In this document: positions 24,405-36,400 of the stretch, one piece after another
Layout of the letters: each line of letters starts with the position of its first letter
How positions within the stretch are numbered: position 1 is the stretch's first letter
DNA from: a virus
Lineage: Duplodnaviria; Caudoviricetes
IMG/VR virus record: IMGVR_UViG_3300026549_000064
Coordinates: 21,016 to 85,015 of that record
Length of the DNA: 64,000 nt
Strand: one strand, 5' to 3'
Program-made: the position numbers and the translations under genes
The notes under the pieces: model-generated
Seen by the model: the letters and a program-made list of their open reading frames with translations, nothing else
Database searches by the model: none
Told to the model about the DNA's origin: nothing

Positions 24405-27400
24405 TTATATTCTCTTAGCTGTAGTTAGCGGAAACGAAGTAGTTATCGTTCTCCTTGTTTCTGTATTTTTTGATGTTTGAGCGGCTGGAGCATTGTTATT
24501 ATTTTGTAATAACTGTGACAGCTGTTCACTCATAGCAGCAAATCCTTCTTTCATCGCGTTAACGATAACGTCTGCCAGATTTTCAGTTTTGTTGTGAACT
24601 GTAGGCTGGCTGACTGTTTCGTTACCACTCTTAGTTTCTGTAGGTTTAATAGATTTACAAATATCAGTAACTGAATTCTTAATTGCTTCAAGTATAGTAC
24701 TCTGGTAATTGAGAGCCGCTAAGGTATTTGCACTTCCATTGTTTATTTCCGAGACACCGTTAGCTACGCTATTGGTAGTTATTTTCGGAGCATTAGTAGT
24801 AGCAGATTCAAGCTGTCGAGATGCTTGTTCAGTCGTAACTATTGCTTCAGTATCAGCAGTGCTTGCTGCAGATCTATCGGCTAATAATTTTCGAGTTTCA
24901 TTTCTATAACTATCAGGATATACGATACCTGACGTTGTTCCGTTTCTTCCAAGTATATTACCTATAACTCGAGCTATTTTTGATCCATATACAGAACGTA
25001 TAGCATTAGTTACGAGTTTATTGAATCTTCCACCACCCTTGTGAGGTAGTACAGTTTCCGCTCCAGCTTCACCAATAGTTATATTGTCGAGATTGGTCTC
25101 AGCATCAACTACGCCACCACGTTGCAGTGCAAAAATACCACCATTAGCCATTTTTTTATGACCGTTAGTTTTATCTTTTGCTTGTGAAGTAGCGGCAGCG
25201 TTAGAGTCAGCTCCGCCGTTTAGTGCTAAGACTATTTTGGTTCTTTCTTCAGGTGTTACTGCGCCAGCCTTTTCGAATGCGAGAGATGAGTCCAGTTCCT
25301 CTTGAATATATTGCGGCCATTCAGCTAATAGTTCTTTGGTATCTTTGGCAGTATCTAGAACATTTTTGGTGGCTGGATGATTTGGATATTTTTCCAGTAC
25401 TTTGATACAAAGATCAAGAGTTTCTAAAGCTTTATTGCTATATTTAAGATTCTGTTTATATTCAGCTGGTTTACGAGCACCGTATATTGGGTTGAGCTCA
25501 TCGCTAAGTGATTTTATTTTCACACTGCAATCTTCACCCTTAATTTGCGGATATGGCCTAAATAGCTGGAGTTCATCAACTGTTGCTTCTAGGGCAGACA
25601 CTACCTGTTCGATATTCTGCTGATCTTCTGCAGTGTATTCTTTATTCTGAGGTTGCATAACTCCAGATACAGATCCATTCGAAGAAGCAGTATCTGTTTG
25701 CTTAGCTTGTACAACTTCATCAGCTGAAGTATTTGAACCTGCGGCTAATTTAGTTGTTGATGAGAATCCGCCTGAGGTTATTCCAGGGACAGCTGAAGCT
25801 ACGCTTGTCGGTTTTTGATCTTTAAGCTGCATAACTCCAGATACAGATCCATTCGAAGAAGCAGTATCTGTTTGCTTAGCTTGTACAACTTCATCAGCTG
25901 AAGTATCTTTCTTATTATCAGTCTTGTCTTTAGCTTGTGAAGTAGTGACAGCATTAGAGTCAGCTCCACCGTTTTCGATATTCTGCTGATCTTCTGCAGT
26001 GTATTCTTTATTCTGAGGTTGCATAACTCCAGATACAGATCCATTCGAAGAAGCAGTATCTGTTTGCTTAGCTTGTACAACTTCATCAGCTGAAGTATCT
26101 TTCTTATTATCAGTTTTATCTTTTGCTTGCTCAGCTTCTTTAAGTGCGTCAGGATCAGTCTTAGGTAACTCCTTTACCTCTTTCTTACCTTCTGCTATTT
26201 TTCTAATTTCATTAGCTTTAGAGCTTAGTTTGGCAGCATCTTTTTCTACATCAAGATCTTTAAGCTGCATAACTCCAGATACAGATCCATTCGAAGAAGC
26301 AGTATCAGTTTGCTTAACCTGTATGGCTTTATCTACGGACGTACCAGAAGCTGTAGCTGAGCCTGCTGTTAGTGAATTTCCTGAAGTTATTCCAAGAGCT
26401 GCACCGGCTACACTTGTCGGTTTCTCATTGCTAGGCTGCGCAACTCCGGATACAGATCCATTGGAAGAAGCAGTGCTTGCCTGTTTAGCTTGTACGACTT
26501 CATCTATGGAAGTATCTTTCTTATTGTCGGTTTTATCTTGAGCTTGCTCGGCTTCTTTAACCGCTGCAGGATCGGTCTTAGGTAATTCCTTTACCTCTTT
26601 CTTACCTTCTTCTACTGTTTTTTCTGCACCAGACTCTGACATAAGTGCTGAAATATCAGGAAGCTTACCGGGTTGCAGCTCGAAATGCTGCGCTTCATTG
26701 AGTTTACCAGGCCTATACTTTCTGATAACACCAAGTGCCTTAAGATACGGCTCTAATTCATCAACAACAGTACCACGATCATAAGCTCTGTTCTTTATAC
26801 CTCCGAAATTAGCATCGCCTAAATCTACAGCTATACCGGTTTCGTGCCTCGAGGTTCCAGGACGCGCAGCATCATTCGGATACTTCCGTTTGATGGCAGC
26901 TTGATCTGCGTAACTTCTGAATGCTGAGGTTATAGTCCACTGCTTAGCGTTCTTTCCTTTAGCATTTTCATACAGTTTACCAGCTAGATATAAACGTTTG
27001 ATAAGTTCCGGATTGAGATGTGCTACGGAAATCCAGTTGCCACCGCCATATGACGTACTGGCACCTTTCATTGTACGTAAACTTCTGAGTTTAGCTAGAG
27101 CATCGAGACCATCCTTAGGTATTTCATCTGATGAAAGATGGAGATTTTCTGGTTTAAGTATTCCTTGGCCGTGAACATCTAAGACAGTATTTCTAGAACT
27201 GTGTCCGCTGTAACTTGATGTACCTCCCGAAGTCAGATCAAGAGCAGCACCTGCTACACTTTGAATGCCGGAATCACTTCTGTCAGAACTAAATAGTTGA
27301 TTAGATGATTCTTTTCCTGCGGCGCCTTCATTTTCAACGCTGTTTTTACCAACTTCTTTGTTTTGCGCAAGGGCTGCTTCAGTATCTACCTTATTTACTT

Positions 27401-30400
27401 TACCTTTACCGAAAGTTTCGTACCATACGACAGCGTTTTGTGTACGATGCTGTATCTCTATTTGTCTTCTACTAGGATCAGGCCTCTCGAAATTCAGTAG
27501 AATAATTATAGCTGCATTTGTCGGACTCTGACAAGATTTAAGCTTACCAAGCGGATAAGTCATAAGACCATCGTCAAATTCCTTGCAGAGGTATTCTATC
27601 TGAACATCAGTATCACCTATCGATTTACCTTTACTGTGTGCAAAATCCCACAGTGCTTGCTTTCTAGACCAGTAAGTCCATTGAGCTAAACCGTAGCCAC
27701 GTTGACTATCGATAAATGCTTGCCTATTGGCATCTTTCTCTTTGGTGTACCGTAGACTTTCCTGGCGATTTGGCTGTAGGTCGCCTTGAACACGTACGCA
27801 CTCAATACCCGATTCCTGTTGAAGATTACCGAGCAATCCTGCAACCGCTGCTTCAGACCAGCCACGAGCTGTGAAGTATTTCCAAATCTTAGCTGCTAGT
27901 TTACGTCTGTCGGCATCGTTAACGATAGCTTTAGCAGTTGCCGCATATTTACGATAAGTTTCGTTAGGATCTTCTCTACCAGTTATTCTCTCATAAGTGT
28001 GAACAACTGTATCGGTGAAATTACCTTTGGTTGCACCCTTACCGGATTTCCGTGTGCCAGCTGCTCTTCCAAGAACTAAGTCGGCATGACTAGGATTATA
28101 AGTAGCACCGCCTTCAGCATTTTCTTCTTCAGCATTATCGTTTTCTTCATCTAGAGGTTTCGGGAAGAAACGTTTGTATAGATTAAGTAAAATTAACTCT
28201 GTAGGAGTTAACTCGACGTCGCCTAATCCATATTTATCTAATCCTTTCCGCAGAAGTGCTCTAGTTGCTTTTCTGCCATTAAGTATTTCATTTACAACAC
28301 CAGCTGTCTTCGATCCGTATACAGAACGTATAGCGTTAGTTACAAGTTTATTGAATCTTCCGCCACCTTTGTGAGGCAGTACAGTTTCCGTTCCGGCTTC
28401 GCCAATAGTGATATTGTCAAGGTTAGTTTCGGCATTAACTACTCCGCCTCTTCCTACAGAGAAAACACCGCCGTTGGCCATCTTCTTGTGATCGCTAGTA
28501 TCTGATTTCTCAGTATCTTCTATTCCCTTTTCTTTCTTGTAGACGAACCAGCTATTCATCGCGTCGCTTATAGGCAGATCATGTGCTTTAGCGTACTCGA
28601 AGATCTTGTCCATCTCTTTCTTATAGGCTTCTATTATATCAGGCGAAAGTTGTTTACGTGTTTCTTCGTTAGCGTATAATCTTCCAAAATATGAAAGAGC
28701 TTTTACTGAAGTTGACATATCTTTAGGATCTTCGTCATATTTAGATCCATTTTTCTTAGGCTTTGATCCGCCAGCACCGCCTTCAGCTTCTTTGGATGTA
28801 TTTTTAGTCTCTTCAGCTTCTTCTGGCTTGTAACCAGCAGTTCCTTTCTTACTATAAACAGCGTGCCCTTTACTAGCGCGATTGTTAACTTTGTCTTCTT
28901 TAGCGTGGAATTTGTTGTATTCTTCTATAATTTTATCCACAGGTACAGCAAATGACCCAGCGCCTAAGTTAAAATCACGAAGATATGTACGTGTAGCTTT
29001 AGCGCTCATCTTTTCAGATCTTGTTAAAAAGATAGTAAGCGCACCGAGTCGTTTAGCTTCTGGTATCTTTTCTGGATCAGGAAGTTTGTTTGTACTTTCA
29101 TTGGCTATACTGTTAACACAAGTGGTGTAGAACGAGAATATAGGGTTAACAACATAAGCAACCCATTCTTTAACGATGTTATACCAGGTTTCTAATATAT
29201 CTTTGAGCTCAAGTAAACGTTCCTGGTCTTTATCCATTTTTTCAACACGTTGCCCAAAACTGTTGTGATGAGCTGCGTGATCAAGACGGGTACTAAGAAA
29301 AGAAATAGTGTAATCGCCAGGCCTTCTAACGTTATAGATAGCTGGATTCAAATAAGCTAAACGATCGTTTGTATGTTCTAATAGATCATATATTTCGAGA
29401 GCGTAAGGATTTCCTGTTGTAAAGAATAGCATAACAGCTATTTTACTTATGTTATCCTCAAGCGAATCGCTGGTATGCTTTATCTGATATTCTAGTAAAC
29501 TTTCTTCTAGATTCTTATTGTTAAAACCATCGCCTGGTTTGAGGCCAAATGCATTACAGAAATTAGCCAGCCATATTCCATTTTCTTTATCTTGAAAATT
29601 TGCATTCAGATATGCATTTGGAATGTTTCCGAGCAGATTTGAATATGCTTTTAGTCTAGCTAGCATGAATTTCTTTGTTATACTTGTTCCACCCAGTATA
29701 ATAGATCTCCACTTTTCGGGTACTTTTTTGTCTTTATTATTAACACCTAAATATGCAGCTAGTGTATCAGAATCAGGCGCGTTGTTTAGTACAATAAGAT
29801 CTTGACTAAGTTGATCAGCTGCTTTGTAAACAGCATTGATTACGCCTTTATCAGTATCTTTTTCATCAGAATCTGCTAACGGATTTATCTTCGATTTAAG
29901 TATTTCTTTAGTTTGCTTATTTTCGGTTGCTATAGCGGCTGCTGCAGCAGTGCCGTTAGGCGTAGCTACTTTGAGATTGCCGGCTGCTAATTGCTTAGCA
30001 TATTCTTCCGATTCTTTAATGAAAAGATCCAGTCCTTTATCGCTTAGTTCGTATTTACTATATTTCTTAGAAACTTTAGATGCGAGCTCTTTGAAGGTTT
30101 TCATCGCATCTTCTCGATGCTCTTCTCTGATATCGTCAGGATTGAGTTTATTTAAGCCGATTAGATTTAGCAATCCATCATCTGCAACTCTTCCAGTATA
30201 CATGTTGATTGTGGACACGTACTGAGAAAAGATCGGTATGAATACTTTCTCTATCCAAAAATTAAGATACTTTTTAGCATATTCGTTGCGTTTATCAGCA
30301 GCCTCTTTGTTACCGCCGTGCTTTTCATCGTATTCTTTTTGACGGTTTTCTTGATTCCGTATTTCTGCTAGAAGAGCACCGGCGCCTCCTCCTATGCTGT

Positions 30401-33400
30401 AAGTCCCATGTTTGTTCGCATAATTATTTGCTTTAGTCAGCGCGGCATCCATTGAACGTTCGGTGGGCCTAAGTAGCCCCATGGCAACGCCGAATTCTGT
30501 GATAGCATACTCAGATAAGTGTTTGCCTTCTTCGATTTGTTTGAGACCTTCGTTCTCGAGATTTTCGATAGCTAATCTTCTTGCTTTTTGTTTTTCTCCA
30601 GTGCCGAGAACATCTGGAATATGGTAAAACTTAAATCTTACTTCTTCCCACATAACTTTTTCGGTAGAACCGCCATCGAACCATCCGGTAAGAAGGTGAC
30701 TTAACGAATCGGCCATGTCGGATATAGCTTTAGCAGCACCTTTAGCAAATTTCCTGAGGCCTCGTCCGAATGAAACTGCAGAGCCTTTGACATCTCCATC
30801 CCAGAGTTTCTTCCAAGAATCTCCAAATTCGTGGCCTACACCTCTAAAATCATCGGTGAGTTTTTCGCTAAGTGACTTAGTACGCTTATACGTAGTGGCA
30901 CGGTCTATCGCCGATTTATCTATAGCCATAAACCATTTAGCGTATCCATCTACTGTAGGTATAAGATCAAATAACTTAAACTTTTTCTTATATTTAGCTG
31001 CTCCGGATTTGAACTGTTCAATCGTCTGAGATCTTAAATCACCCGGAACATCGTTGATGTGAGGTTTATCTCCAACGTTGGTTTTTGTTATAACACGCAT
31101 TGCCTTTAAGTAGGACTTAAAGATCGGCATAAAGATCTTGCCCCACCAAGTTGCAACGTAATCTACCCTAGCATCTAGTGCTTCGGTTAGATCTCCGCCG
31201 AAATCTTTTATATGCTTTTGCATATCTTTTGTGGAGATTAGATCATCTGCTAATTCTTTTAGTTCGTCACGATCAAGATCAGGACGTGCCTGATCGATGA
31301 TAGGCATTGCTTTATCTTCGAGTGAAGTTATACGATCTAAGTCGTCTTCGGCTGCGAACATACCTCTCACGGCATGTGCTGCTAATAGAGTTGCAGCGAG
31401 CGGTGCTGCAGCGTGCGGTATTAACGCAGCTGCTCCGATTGCGGCGCCAGTTGCTGTTTTTGTTAATGCATCAGTCTGTTTCACGCCGCTCTCTCTTTTC
31501 TTAAAGTTATATGCAACTAATTTAGCTTCGCGCCATGCGTGATCATATGCGTTTTCATCTGTGTTGGCTAAATCACCAGCTGTATCTATAACGAATTTTG
31601 CGGCACCAGTCAAAGCTTGGGTGATGCCTTTAAGTCCAGCCCATAGGCCGTTGAGTACATTACCGTGCTTGATTTCATTCCAAGCATAACTAAAGGTTTT
31701 ACCAGAACGACCTAAATATTTGGATGCTTTGTTACCAAATTCTTTATTTTCTTTACGATGTCTTTCTTTGTCCTGGAAATCTTTGTGTGTTAATTTTTCA
31801 CGTAGCCATTTAGCAAAACATTTCTTATTCGGAGCAAGATCCTTTAACACGCCGGTTGCATATTTAGCCAGTTTTCTATCAAGGAAAGTTTTGACAGCTT
31901 CAATGTTGTTTTGATCAACATCATCAGCTTTAGGCTGTTTACTGCCGTCGTTCTTAGTTACTTGGCAGAGAACTGTTACGTAGTCTCTATATGCCGGAAG
32001 GAAACGTGCTTTGTACCATTTCTTAAGATATTCTGTCTTATTCTCTTCATCCGAATCGCCTTCGGTATCGTAAAGACCTCCGGCTTCAGCTCCGCCAATA
32101 AAATCTATCTTTTCACCGAATTGCTCAAGACGTTTGTCGTCGACACCTTCCTGTTGATTCTTCCACGCTTCGTAAGTATCTGTTTCGAGATCTTCAAATG
32201 CTTCCCAGTTTTTAACGGTTAAACCATAAGCTTTAGCTCTAGGTATACGGAGTAGTTTAGTAGCTGCGCTGTCGGTTGCCCAGTTATATACCTGGTAACC
32301 AATAGTACCTAGAGTAAGTGCCCAGCCTATAGGGCCGCCTAATATTCCAGCAGCTATTCTTCCGGTTAAACCGAGAAGTCCGCCGCCGAGTCTTAAAGCC
32401 ATTCCGGCTGTGCCTAGTAAGGCTTTGCCGCCAAGACCTAAGATAGATCCAGCGGCTCTGCCTGCTAAGCCCAAGCCTTTCATTCCCAGTCCGCCTACAG
32501 TACGTGCGGCGCCTAGTACTCCTCGGCCAGCTGCGTGTCTTAGACGCATGCGGGCTAAACGAGCTTTGGCTTTAGCTCTTCTAGCGGCTTTACTGTTCTT
32601 GACTCGTTCTCTTACGTTATTAGCTCTGTTTCTTATACCTTCCTTAACTGAACCAGCTGCTCCGCTGAGTTTATCACTGACTGCTCCACCGAGAGCTTGT
32701 CCGCCGAATATTGCGCCTAGAGTGCTCCAGAATCCACCACCTTCGCTATCACCGGCTGAGTTATTCTCATCGGCTGCTTCAGCAGCAGCTCCTGCTGCAC
32801 CGTTAGGCTCTCCATCTTCGGCCATCTTCTTTTTATCTTCTTCTTGCTTCTTCTTATTTGCTTCTCTTCTCTCTTTTACTTCTTTCTTATGCTCTTCTCT
32901 ACGTTTCTTATAGTCGTAATACGACCCGTCTCTTAGGCCATTGCCATCATTGTCGCCGTTAACTTTTCCAGCCGGTAACCGTTCATAGAGTAATCCATAA
33001 ATGTCTAACAATCTATCGCCAACTATTTCAGATAGATCTTTTCTGGATATGCCTATACCAGTAAATGCAGTGACTACTGATGTAAACGCTGAGGTGATGA
33101 AATTGCCTACGGCAGTTCCACCTTCACCTAGCAGTTTCAAACCGCCACTAAAGAGATCTACAGCTTTCCCAGCTGCAGTTTTAAGTAAACGCCCAGCGCC
33201 TTTTGCAAGTTTGATAGCACTCCTGCTTATCGCACCAAGTACTTTCATAGACGCGACGCCTACTTTACCAATTACTGAGGCTCCTCTAAATCTGGTTAAC
33301 CTATTACCATCTACGTCATACACGCCCGCTTCGAGATCGTCACTATCGATGATGACCTTGTAACCCGAGTCAGTATTTTCGTAGATCTCGTGTTCTATTA

Positions 33401-36400
33401 AGTATGCTGATGTAAGCGGCACCCATTTGCCGTTCTTCTTGTAAACATATTTTCTAGTTGATTTGTTATTCTCTAAGTCTTTACCAGCTATTACTCTCTT
33501 AAGATCTTTTGTGTTCTTATCAATAATGTAAACATCTATAAACGGATCTTTCTTTTCCCATAAAAACCTACTGTGTTCCTTAAGGAATTTTCCAGCATCA
33601 GCTATTTTACCAGGAATATTGAACGTAATGTTACTAATTATAGTGCCAGCTCTACGAGCTTTAGCAGCGAATCTGGACAAAAATGTAGACTTGATAGGCG
33701 TACCGTCAGCAAATATAAGTCCATCTCCTTCAGCGATATCTTCTGTAGAGATAACCATATTGCCGACAGCTTCTTTATCTTTATCCCAGAGATAGCAAGG
33801 GCCTTTGATATCGTAAACTGTAGGTACTTTGTTTCCTTTGACGTCTACTACTAAGCCGTCACGGAATGCTTCACCAGATACCAACGGTTTAGACTTATCT
33901 TTTTGACGAGAACTATAAACGTCGTCATAAGCTCTTGATAAACCAGAGTATGTCTGTGAAACTCCGCCGGTTACTTTGTCGGTTACAGTAGTCGCAAGAT
34001 TTTTAAGTTTCTCTATCGGTTTAATTTCTTTGATATAGTCTCTGACGCTATCGATGATATCGCCACCGATCTTCAGAGCGCTGTGCCCTGCACCGCCGAG
34101 CTTAGAACCTAGCCAACTAAGTTTCTCTCCATTTTTATCTAGTAATTCTTTTCCGGTAGCAGCTGTGTAGACAGCACTCATGCCTAGTTTGACAGCTTCA
34201 GACAATCCGAGAGCGGTTGCTTTAACGGCGGCTACGACAGGATCGATGAAGATAGTCTTAAATTTCTCAGGCAATACATCGTCAAGTGATATCTTGTCAA
34301 TGATTACCTTTCTATCTTTAACACTATCTTTAATTACACTAACATTCTTAGATATAGTTTCTAGTAATCCAGTTACTCTACCGCCATATTTAGAATCAGA
34401 GTGGTTGTTAACAGTAGTGTTGACTGCCGACGATCTTGACTCGTTAATGTTTGTTGTATTGTAGTATTTTTCAAGCTGCTTAGAAAAAGTATCGACAAAT
34501 GTCCGATTATTTTCTTTAAGAATATTAGAGACGATTGATTGAACGTTAGCTGAATCGAAAGCACTTTCCTGCCTAGCTCTATTGTTTTTGTCAGTAGCCG
34601 ATTTTTTATGCGCAACAGTATCAATTAGTCTGCTGATGCCGCTTTGGATATCGAGCAGAGTACGGTTTCTAGTCTGAGCAAGACGTACAAGATTACTAAC
34701 CAGTTTACGGTTATCGTAAGTCGTTATACGAGCATTTATAGTACCGCCTGCAGAAGAATTAGGCTCAGCTGTATTAGGGCTAAATGTAACCCCATCTGAA
34801 GACGATTCTTGTGCATTAGTATTTTTCGGTTTGGAATCTATGGAAGTATCTAGCGAAGATTGAGCTTTGCGTATAAGATCGATAGATTCTTGGCTTGCAC
34901 CTGCTTCGAAATCAGCGTGAACAGCATCGGCTGCAGCCTGATCGTTGCCAGAAGCTTTAGCGTTGAGCTCTTTTGCATAAGCTTCGCTGACTTTAATTGA
35001 ATCTAATTCATCGGGGTGGGCTTGGAAATATCTAAGCCATTTTCTTGCTGTGTTTGGTAATTGATTTAAGAAACCGATAAACGATACGTTGTCATCGAAT
35101 TTCTCAAGCAGTTTTTTCTTATTTTTTACAGACGCTAGCCATTTAAGAATATCTACGTCTCTGATATTCTTTTTATCACGCATAACTCCGTTTTCTTTAT
35201 CTTCAAGGAATACGCTGATATCGCCGAGCGAATCGTCAATACTTGAGAGAATACGGAGAAGGCTTTGACCTCCGAGGTTAATTATCTTATCGTTTGCTTT
35301 GTTAGCTAAGCTTTTAATCTTATCAAAACTACCGTCTGTTAGAGCAATGACCCAGTTGAAAAGAGGGTTTCTGTACATTGCCACTAGCTTAGGTCTAAAT
35401 TTAGGATCTTTAATAGCGTCTATTAGAGTTTTGCCTGGATGCTTTTCTAGGTAGTTATCAATGACCGTTTTGAAATTATTGTTTTCGTAATATGCGGTTT
35501 CTAGATCACGATCAAGTTTTTCTTGCTTTTTTAGAGTTTTCTCACGATCGTTAGATTTTTGTAATTCTTTAAGGCGGGCTCCTTCGGAAGCTAGATCTTC
35601 TTTAGTAGCGCGTAGATCTTTGATATCACGTGATCCACCGTAATTACGTTCCACCAAACGTAAAGCTTGGTTACGTTCAATATCCCAGCTTCCATAGGCG
35701 TTACGGTGTATGATACCCATTTTCTCTAATTGAGAAGCATTACCGTTTTTGATCTCGCCATAAATAACTTCTTCCAGACGGGAATTTGCTTCAGATCTAT
35801 ACTTCCAGATCTGTATCCACATTAAGTCAGCTGTTTTAGTGTTGAGTACATGTTCATACGGAGTACTATTGTCGTCATCAGGCCCTTTAGGTTTTTCTAG
35901 AACACGAATAAACCACTTTACAACAGGTAATACGTTTTCGGCAGCGATACTGGTAAATGCAGCCTGGAAGAGATCATTTTTCTGGAAATCATTCTTTCCA
36001 GCTTCAATGCTACTACGAATATCCCAGAGATCGTTTAGAACATCTTGCATGAGTTCTTCACGCTCACTGTCGATATCGTAATCGCCAACAGCGATGCCAG
36101 TTAAAACTTTAGTGATATCATCTGCGTGTTTCTGAAGTTCTCCGTTAATTTCTTGATACAGTGCATCGTTTCCGTTATCGAAAACGGAATTGATCAGCTT
36201 CTGCGTATCAAGAACTTTAACTTTCTTTTCGTACATCATCTGGCTGTCGCCGCCAGATATATCTCTGATCAGCTGTTGTCTATAATCTACTCCGGCAACT
36301 AGTTTGCCTTGTTTATAATCCCATTCAAGCTCTGTTGCATTTTTGTCACCAGTTGCCAGCATCTCGAGATACTTAGTTTGCGTCTTGAGATACGACGGGA

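Noticed and set aside
25170-26620. Possible CRISPR array
   Set aside because: The repeats are in-frame coding modules of unequal length, without unique spacers or palindromic direct repeats
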